58,424 bases of DNA from Candidatus Nealsonbacteria bacterium (lineage in GTDB: Bacteria > Patescibacteriota > Minisyncoccia > Minisyncoccales > JAGMDC01), in contig DAOWLG010000038.1 of the NCBI GenBank assembly GCA_030643485.1, positions 1-58,424 on the forward strand, given 5' to 3'. The notes below the pieces were generated by a model. That model was given only the letters and a program-made list of their open reading frames with translations, searched no databases and was not told the DNA's origin. Shown one piece after another: positions 1 through 5,646 of this stretch (the first letter of the stretch is position 1; the number at the start of each line of letters is the position of its first letter). The translations under genes and the position numbers were made by a program.

Positions 1-252
1 GCTATGTTTCTTAGCGAGTAATTCTTTTTTTTGAGAATTACAATTTCATCTCGCTCGCTTTTTGAAAGATGCGAGAACTTTTTTGTTTTGTTTTTCATTC
101 TTTTATTCTACCATGTTCGGTTTCAAATGGGAATGTGGGAATTTAATACTCGTAGAGACAAGCCCATCGTTTGCACCTGGCATAAATTACATTGCGGAAG
201 TTTTAGGGGCGATTGAATATGCATTGAAGGACTTTAAAGAATAACTAAACTT

Positions 253-841
253 ATGAAAGAAGAATTTTATAGAGCGGATTTGAAGAATATCGCCATAGAT
301 GATTTAGAAAAGTTATCTAAATTTTTAGAGTTATCCGAACAAGATAAAAGTTATTGGAAATGGGTTATTATTGCGTTGCATAGTTCTTTGTATGAATTTA
401 TGTTGCTTGCCTTGTCGGGAGGTAATGTTTACTCAGATATTTGGGAAAAAGTAGAAAAGGAAAAAGTGGGACTGATTTATGAAATCAAACTTTTTCATTC
501 AAGGAATAGGATAATCTGTTTTTTTGCAAGCTTTTAGACGAATAAAAAACGCAAAGAAAATGTGTGGCAAACCATTTGTTTCTAATTCAGATATTGATGA
601 AGCGATGAAAACATTAAATACAGAATTTCGCAACCAATTTTCTCATTTCAAGCCAATAGGTTGGTCAATTGAAATTTCTAGAATAAAAAAAATTTTACAG
701 ATAACCTTGCCAATAATTATTTTTATTACTTCTGAGTTTCAAAAGGAAGGAATGGGGAGGGTGAGGATATTAATGGAAGAGAATGAACAGTCAGCGATAG
801 ACGAAATGTTAAAAAAAATTATTTTACGGAGCAAATTTTAG
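253..841 (+). pseudogene. Possible single gene split by a frameshift. ORFs 253-537 and 524-841 overlap at a T7 run. The C-terminal part carries an Rx4H HEPN-like motif.
   Basis: The two same-strand ORFs overlap by 14 nt at the homopolymer ttttttt (519-525). The second ORF starts at a non-ATG codon and contains FRNQFSHF (R-x4-H). No other recognisable family signature. Confidence 0.3.
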
Positions 842-895
842 TAAAATTTTAAAAGTATTTTTAGTTTGCACCATATCAATTTTAATTAAAAAAAT

Positions 896-1273
896 ATGCC
901 TATTATAAAATGTCCAAAATGTGGCGAAGAATACGATTCTATGTATTCTTCTCACTCTTGCGAAAAATCCAAAAAAGTGCCATCGGCAAAAAATAAAAAA
1001 GGCAATACTACTATATACGGCACAAAAGACCAAAATAAATCCTATAAAGATTTTAAAAACGTCATGAAGGATGAATGTAATTTTTATAGCAAAACCGACG
1101 AATACGAAAATGAGATAATCAAAATGGTTGTTTTTATTTGTGTCATAGCAGGTATAATAGGTATGATGAGTGTGGGGTGGAATATAGGGGTATTTTTGTG
1201 TTCTGCCCTTATAGGATTCTGTATATCTCTTGTTTTAGCCCCTATGATTGTGCTTGGGACTAATGATAAATAA
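896..1273 (+). CDS. Small zinc-ribbon protein with a C-terminal transmembrane segment (hypothetical)
   Basis: N-terminal CPKCG...HSC knuckle, Lys-rich linker, then two hydrophobic stretches (VVFICVIAGIIGMMSV, VFLCSALIGFCISLVLAPMIVL). Confidence 0.5.
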   Translation: MPIIKCPKCGEEYDSMYSSHSCEKSKKVPSAKNKKGNTTIYGTKDQNKSYKDFKNVMKDECNFYSKTDEYENEIIKMVVFICVIAGIIGMMSVGWNIGVFLCSALIGFCISLVLAPMIVLGTNDK

Positions 1274-1364
1274 TAGAAGTAAAAATGGAAGAAGTAAAAA
1301 TGGGGTCAACTCTATTTTAGAAATAGTAAATAGCAAGGTGAGACGACAACAGATGACTATTGAT

Positions 1365-1392
1365 TTGACAGATTTTGTGAGATTGCTACAAT
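1365..1392 (+). promoter_or_regulatory. Sigma70-like promoter for the riboswitch transcript
   Basis: TTGACA (1365-1370), 16-nt spacer, TACAAT (1387-1392). Confidence 0.45.
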
Positions 1393-1414
1393 AAATAAAA
1401 GCGATAATTGAATA

Positions 1415-1532
1415 TGCGGTTTATCAAGAGTGGCGGTTAGAGTTCTGGCTCAACAATCCGCCCAGCAACCCTTCAAAATGATTCTTTGAAGAAGGTGCTA
1501 AATCCAGCCCCACACGGGGAGAGATAAAAGGT
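1415..1532 (+). promoter_or_regulatory. SAM-I (S-box) riboswitch aptamer
   Basis: TTATCAAGAGTGGCGG...CTGGCTC...CAGCAACC...GGTGCTAAATCCAGC...GAGAGATAAAA matches the conserved S-box blocks. P1 is TTTATC (1420-1425) paired with GATAAA (1522-1527). Confidence 0.8.
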
Positions 1533-1546
1533 CGATTTTTTATTTT

Positions 1547-1575
1547 ACTCTTTCTCTCGGGAAAGAGTTTTATTT
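1547..1575 (+). terminator. Riboswitch expression-platform terminator
   Basis: ACTCTTTC (1547-1554), loop TCTCGG, GAAAGAGT (1561-1568), followed by TTTTATTT. The 5' arm is partly complementary to the 3' P1 strand GAGAGATAAAAG (anti-terminator logic). Confidence 0.7.
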
Positions 1576-1581
1576 ATTATT

Positions 1582-1755
1582 ATGAAAACATCAATAAAAA
1601 ATTTTCAAAACAAAACAAGGCAATCTCAATCAAAAGAAAAAAAGCGAACATTACTTTCCCAGAAGAAAAAGAATACGGGGAAATTTTGGGACGATTTGGA
1701 GGAGGTGCAGGGGGAAGAAGGGACAGTTTTCGTTATCCCGTTTCGTCAGAAATAA
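1582..1755 (+). CDS. Small protein (57 aa), paralog 1, downstream of the SAM riboswitch
   Basis: ATG 1582, TAA 1753-1755. Shares the KNTGKFWDDL..QGEE.T..VIPF block with ORF 1836-2159. Substitutions between the two copies are rich in synonymous changes in this frame. Confidence 0.55.
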   Translation: MKTSIKNFQNKTRQSQSKEKKRTLLSQKKKNTGKFWDDLEEVQGEEGTVFVIPFRQK

Positions 1756-1835
1756 AAATAGAACCAAAGCCGCAAAAGCAGGTCAAATTAGCCTATTTGA
1801 CTTGGAAACATTTAATACTAAATACATAAAAAAGT

Positions 1836-2159
1836 ATGAAAAAGTTAATAACACTTATATCTACGAAGGGGAAATCAAAGGAACAGATAAAATCGGAGAT
1901 ATTAAAGCAATTACAGGAGAAAGGGTTTTTGAAACCAAAGCAGGAAAAGAATACGGGGAAGTTTTGGGAAGATTTGACAGAAGAGCAGGGGGAAGAGGAT
2001 ACGATAGTAGTAATTCCTTTTTTAAGAAATGAAAAGAAGCAAAGCCCGCAGAAAGAACCGAAAAATTCTGAGAGCGTAAAGGAATCACAGGAGAATACGG
2101 AAAGAAGATGTTTTCAGATTATAGGATACCCACGAGCAAAAAAGAAATCGGAGAAATAG
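1836..2159 (+). CDS. Small protein (107 aa), paralog 2
   Basis: Contains KNTGKFWEDLTEEQGEEDTIVVIPF (1947-2021), homologous to 1669-1743. Lys/Glu-rich tail. Confidence 0.55.
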   Translation: MKKLITLISTKGKSKEQIKSEILKQLQEKGFLKPKQEKNTGKFWEDLTEEQGEEDTIVVIPFLRNEKKQSPQKEPKNSESVKESQENTERRCFQIIGYPRAKKKSEK

Positions 2160-2339
2160 GGATAAAATAAAAATTCCGATTTTGGACAATTTTTATTTTT
2201 TTCGGCTTATCGTACAAGTGAGCGAATCTGAAAAGAAAAAATTGCGAAAAGCAATTTTTTCCAAACACAGCAAAAATTTATTCCGATTATACGAAAAAAA
2301 ATTCGACGGTCGCCCCCCAAAAAAAATAAAATGTGAAAT

Positions 2340-2475
2340 TTTTGCTGGGTTTGGGCGGTTGCCTCGCAAGGCAACCGCCTTTTCAGTCCCGCGTCGGCGG
2401 TTGCCTCTTTCCTGCGGTCGTTCTCGTTCTCGGAAGCGGTCTCGTTCGTCGTCGTTCGTCGTCGTGGTCGGCGGA
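2340..2475 (+). ncRNA. GC-rich structured island of unknown class (candidate small RNA or relic)
   Basis: Sharp local G+C rise in an AT-rich intergenic region. The motif GGCGGTTGCC occurs twice. Overlapping ORFs on both strands are low-complexity and not credible. No SRP, RNase P, tmRNA or 6S motif recognised. Confidence 0.25.
2354..2383 (+). terminator. Strong hairpin plus T-run (intrinsic-terminator-like)
   Basis: GGCGGTTGCC (2354-2363), loop TCGCAA, GGCAACCGCC (2370-2379), then TTTT. Confidence 0.5.
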
Positions 2476-2516
2476 AAAGAGGAACAAGCAAATCTCATTT
2501 TTTCAAATCTTTTTTC

Positions 2517-2545
2517 TTGCTTTGGTGGATTAAATTTGGTAGAAT
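2517..2545 (+). promoter_or_regulatory. rplS promoter (extended -10)
   Basis: TTGCTT (2517-2522), 17-nt spacer, TGG-TAGAAT (-10 at 2540-2545). Confidence 0.45.
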
Positions 2546-2594
2546 GATATTGAAAGTTTGAAGTTGTTTAATTTGAGCACTAACTAAAATTATT

Positions 2595-3068
2595 ATGCCT
2601 ACAAAAATTGAAATTTTTAATCAAACACAATTAAAAAAGGATTTGCCTGATATTCGTCCCGGCGACACTGTTCAGGTTTATCAAAAAATGCCTGCTTCTA
2701 TTGCAAGCAAAAAAGAAAAAGAAAAGGGCAAAGAAAAAATCCAGATATTTGAGGGCTTGGTTTTGGCGCGCAAGCACGGAAAAGGAGCCCCCGCAACTAT
2801 TACAGTAAGACGGGTAGTCTCTGGAATCGGAGTGGAAAAAATCTTTCCAATACATTCGCCTTTAATTGAAAAAATAGAAATAACAAAAAGGGCAAAAGTG
2901 CGCCGCGCAAAACTTTATTATCTAAGAGCCGTAAAAGGTAAAAAAGCGCGATTAAAAAGAAAAGAATTTACTCCAACAGCGCCTAAAAAAGCGCGGGAAG
3001 AAAAGATTGAAGAAAAACCGGAAAAGAAAGCGGAAGAAAAAAGCGAAAATAGCGCCCAGGTGATGTAA
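2595..3068 (+). CDS. rplS: 50S ribosomal protein L19 with a Lys/Glu-rich C-terminal extension
   Basis: L19 core blocks: PGDTVQV, IQIFEGLVLARKHGKG, ITVRRVVSGIGVEKIFPIHSP, EKIEI. The last 15 nt overlap tRNA-Leu. Confidence 0.95.
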   Translation: MPTKIEIFNQTQLKKDLPDIRPGDTVQVYQKMPASIASKKEKEKGKEKIQIFEGLVLARKHGKGAPATITVRRVVSGIGVEKIFPIHSPLIEKIEITKRAKVRRAKLYYLRAVKGKKARLKRKEFTPTAPKKAREEKIEEKPEKKAEEKSENSAQVM

Positions 3069-3136
3069 TTGGTAACCATAGCGGCTTGAGGGGCCGTGCC
3101 CGCAAGGGCGTGTGGGTTCAAGTCCCACCCTGGGCA
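3054..3136 (+). tRNA. tRNA-Leu (anticodon GAG), class II with long variable arm
   Basis: Acceptor GCCCAGG/CCTGGGC. Anticodon stem GCGGC/GCCGT with loop TTGAGGG. Variable arm GCCC-GCAA-GGGC. T arm GTGGG-TTCAAGT-CCCAC. Discriminator A. Confidence 0.9.
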
Positions 3137-3204
3137 CATAAATTTTTGCTATTGCAAAAATTTATTCCAAACTACAAATTACACACACAAATTACATAAT
3201 TTCA

Positions 3205-3237
3205 TAAAAAAACCGCCAATTTATTGGCGGTTTTTTT
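3205..3237. terminator. Bidirectional intrinsic terminator
   Basis: A-run, CCGCCAA (3213-3219), loop, TTGGCGG (3224-3230), T-run. Lies between the convergent tRNA-Leu and ORF 3261-3503. Confidence 0.7.
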
Positions 3238-3260
3238 ATGTATATGTAATATTCGTAAAT

Positions 3261-3503
3261 TTATTTCTCTACTTTTTTATTTTTATCTTTAAAAAACCAT
3301 TCATAAATACCGAAAATCCAAGTGGCAGTATAAACAAAACTAACAAAAAACACTCCCCATTGTTCATTTACATAAGCGGTGATATACCAAAATGGCTGAG
3401 AAAGAAGTCCAACTACAAAACCCCATTTATTCTTTTTTGCCACAAGTATAATTGCTCCTGCTCCTAAAATAAATATCGCTACCTGACAAATGTTGTCAAA
3501 CAT
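3261..3503 (-). CDS. 80-aa three-TM membrane protein resembling one repeat of a PnuC-type transporter
   Basis: VAKKNKWGF.VGLLSQPFWYITAY...WGVFFVSFVY...GIYEWF resembles the PnuC N-terminal repeat pattern (KKN.WGW..G........Y....YG....Q.......GWY.W). Confidence 0.45.
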   Translation of the reverse strand: MFDNICQVAIFILGAGAIILVAKKNKWGFVVGLLSQPFWYITAYVNEQWGVFFVSFVYTATWIFGIYEWFFKDKNKKVEK

Positions 3504-3544
3504 ATTTTTTTAAAAAATGGAAATAAATTTAATAAATAAATTTT

Positions 3545-4276
3545 TCACTCCAATTTACCAAATTTATTTAAGAATTTTTTCCATTTTCCAAAATCTCGCG
3601 CGCTAAAATGTTGCCTATCTTGGTCTTTGAAAAAAGAAATGCCTTTTATAGAATCTCCCATAATCTTTTTAAAATTATTCACAGACATAACTAAAAAATG
3701 AGGTTTATCATTATTATCAATCAAACACCAAATATAAAAATGATATTTATCTTTTATTAAATCTCGTGGTTTCATATCTACCGCGTAAGTATTTTTTGAT
3801 TTTCCATTTTTATATTCAATTCTTGAACTTTTTACCTGAATTGTGCGAAATTTTGTTGTATAATTTTTACTTCCGCATTCACAAAAGTGATTAATCATTT
3901 CTATTTCTCCACCACATTTATCACAAGATGGTTGATTAATTAAATTTTTACTTCCACACTTTACGCATTTAGTTTTATTGCCAATCATTTCATACTTACA
4001 ATCAAGACACATTTTTTTAGCAATTATTTTACTTTTTTGAATTTTTGAAAAATCTTTACCACATTTTTTACATACTAACTTAGGAGTCAAATTCCAATTT
4101 TTTCCACAATCTTTGCAAACATGTTTATGAATTATAAAATCTATGTATTCATCGTAAACAGGATCATAAACATTCCACCCGTATTTAGATAATTCAAAAG
4201 ACACTAAAAATTCTCCATAACGAGAAAAATGTTTTGCGCTTAAACCAATTGTTGTTTTTTTCTTTTTTTTCCGCAT
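3545..4276 (-). CDS. Putative type II restriction endonuclease (Hjc/PD-(D/E)xK-like) with three inserted zinc ribbons
   Basis: GEFLVSFELSKYGWNVYDPVYDEYIDFIIHK ... three CxxC..CxxC pairs ... RTIQVKSS fits an E/D...D...(E/Q)xK nuclease core. Adjacent to a methyltransferase. Start uncertain (4276 or 4300). Confidence 0.55.
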   Translation of the reverse strand: MRKKKKKTTIGLSAKHFSRYGEFLVSFELSKYGWNVYDPVYDEYIDFIIHKHVCKDCGKNWNLTPKLVCKKCGKDFSKIQKSKIIAKKMCLDCKYEMIGNKTKCVKCGSKNLINQPSCDKCGGEIEMINHFCECGSKNYTTKFRTIQVKSSRIEYKNGKSKNTYAVDMKPRDLIKDKYHFYIWCLIDNNDKPHFLVMSVNNFKKIMGDSIKGISFFKDQDRQHFSARDFGKWKKFLNKFGKLE

Positions 4277-5498
4277 AATTAAATTCCGAAATATCAACAA
4301 ATTTATTATTAGATAGATTAGATGCTAAACTTTTTTTTATATTTTTCAAACTTGCGTCGCGGAACATTTTTTTATTTATTTCAATACCAATACCAATTCT
4401 ATTTAATTTTTTTGCTACAATTACGGAAGTAAAACTTCCCCCAAAAGGATCTAATACCTTTTCTCCTCGATAAGTGAACATTTTTATTGTAAATTCTGGT
4501 ATGCTTTCTGGAAAAGGAGCGGTATGACCAAGAACATTTTCGCCTCTGCTATTTATTTTAATAACTGGAGAAAATTTCAAAACATCTCTCCGCCATTTTT
4601 TAATAAAATCTTTTGAAATTTCATATTCTTTTGACTGATGAGATTGTGTTATTAATGTTTTCAAAGAAAACCTTTTTCCGCGATTGCTTTTGCTTCGCTC
4701 AAAACATTCTAAATTCTTACATTCCCAACTCATTAAACCAATTTCAGATTGCGTATTACCGTTAACTTTTAATGTTCCGCAAATAGGACAAGGATAACGG
4801 GTATTATCTAATCTATGTTTATGAAATATCAAAATATGTTCATAACAATTAGCAGGATATTGATAAAAAGGATAGGGACGATTTCCATTTTTATGTCTTT
4901 CGGTTTGAACTTCGCCTTTATCCCAAATAAAATCATCAACAAATGTAAATCCTTGTTCTTCAAAAATTTTAATAAAATACGCACCAAGAGGTAATCTTCT
5001 TTTTCCCCAGACAGATTTTGTTTTCAAATTATCATTATCAAAAATATCGCCGATATTAAAAACAAATACACGATGATTGTCTAATACTCTGTAAGACTCA
5101 CAAATGATTTTGCGCATATCTTCTAAATACTCGTTTAGATTTTTCCATTGGGAATAATCGCGGGCATTATAGTAAGGTGGAGATGTAACCATAACATGAA
5201 TTGACTCAGATTTCATTCCCTGCATAACTTTTAGGCAGTCTCCCCAAATTATTTTTATTCCATTATCTTTTTTTTCTATAAATGTAGATAATTTATCGTT
5301 AACACCTTGATATTGTCTTTGATAATCTTCTTTGACAAATTGAATATAAATTTCAGAAAAACTTTTAATTATTTCATCGCGATTTTTTGATTTTCTTAAA
5401 TATGCAATCTTTTTCAAAAATTCATCTAAACGACCTTTAGAAAAAGTTTTTAATAAATACCGTTCGCTTATTTTCAAAATTTTATCTAAATAAAACAT
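4194..5498 (-). CDS. DNA methyltransferase (N4-C/N6-A, beta class) with an internal zinc ribbon
   Basis: Motif IV VTSPPYYNARDY precedes motif I VLDPFGGSFTSVIVA. Insertion CPICG...WECKNLEC. The 3' end overlaps the nuclease ORF by about 80-100 nt. Confidence 0.85.
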   Translation of the reverse strand: MFYLDKILKISERYLLKTFSKGRLDEFLKKIAYLRKSKNRDEIIKSFSEIYIQFVKEDYQRQYQGVNDKLSTFIEKKDNGIKIIWGDCLKVMQGMKSESIHVMVTSPPYYNARDYSQWKNLNEYLEDMRKIICESYRVLDNHRVFVFNIGDIFDNDNLKTKSVWGKRRLPLGAYFIKIFEEQGFTFVDDFIWDKGEVQTERHKNGNRPYPFYQYPANCYEHILIFHKHRLDNTRYPCPICGTLKVNGNTQSEIGLMSWECKNLECFERSKSNRGKRFSLKTLITQSHQSKEYEISKDFIKKWRRDVLKFSPVIKINSRGENVLGHTAPFPESIPEFTIKMFTYRGEKVLDPFGGSFTSVIVAKKLNRIGIGIEINKKMFRDASLKNIKKSLASNLSNNKFVDISEFNYAEKKEKNNNWFKRKTFFSLWRIFSVF

Positions 5499-5535
5499 AA
5501 TTACATAGATTAAAAATTATAGAGGCGTGGGGTTT

Positions 5536-5619
5536 CCCCACACCTATTGAGGATATGCGAATTCATAAAATGAATTCGCCCCTGTCGCCTTCGGCGACTA
5601 ATCCTTAATAGGTGTGGGG
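5536..5619. repeat. CCCCACACCTA three-way-junction palindromic element, copy A
   Basis: P1 is CCCCACACCTATTGAGGAT/ATCCTTAATAGGTGTGGGG. It encloses hairpins GCGAATTCAT-AAA-ATGAATTCGC and GTCGCC-TTC-GGCGAC. Confidence 0.85.
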
Positions 5620-5646
5620 TTTCCTTATATCTTATTTTAATATAAA

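Noticed and set aside
31-244. ORFs 31-216 and 62-244 at the window start
   Set aside because: They are overlapping, hydrophobic and low-complexity translations with no motifs. They may be the tail of a gene truncated by the window edge, but I cannot support a call.
1802-2032. ORF 1802-2032 (+) as the real gene in the duplicated block downstream of the riboswitch
   Set aside because: In this frame 12 of 13 codon differences between the two repeat copies are non-synonymous. In the overlapping frame (ORFs 1582-1755 and 1836-2159) 7 of 13 are synonymous.
2340-2475. Assignment of the GC-rich island to SRP RNA, RNase P RNA, tmRNA, 6S RNA or an L19 leader
   Set aside because: I could not find the diagnostic conserved motifs: the GGAA/GNAR-capped helix 8 with AGCA bulges, AGGAAAGUCC, or a tRNA-like end with a tag ORF. 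The rplS promoter-like site lies downstream of the island.
2182-2547. ORF-track entries 2182-2547(+), 2333-2533(+), 2193-2498(-) and 2207-2491(-) as protein-coding genes
   Set aside because: All four overlap each other in a GC-rich, low-complexity stretch (runs of R/S/V or T/R/E). They contain a strong hairpin, have no recognisable motifs and sit where the rplS promoter is expected. I treat the stretch as non-coding.
3096-3467. ORF 3096-3467 (+)
   Set aside because: It starts inside tRNA-Leu, crosses a bidirectional terminator, and is antisense to the more plausible membrane-protein ORF 3261-3503.
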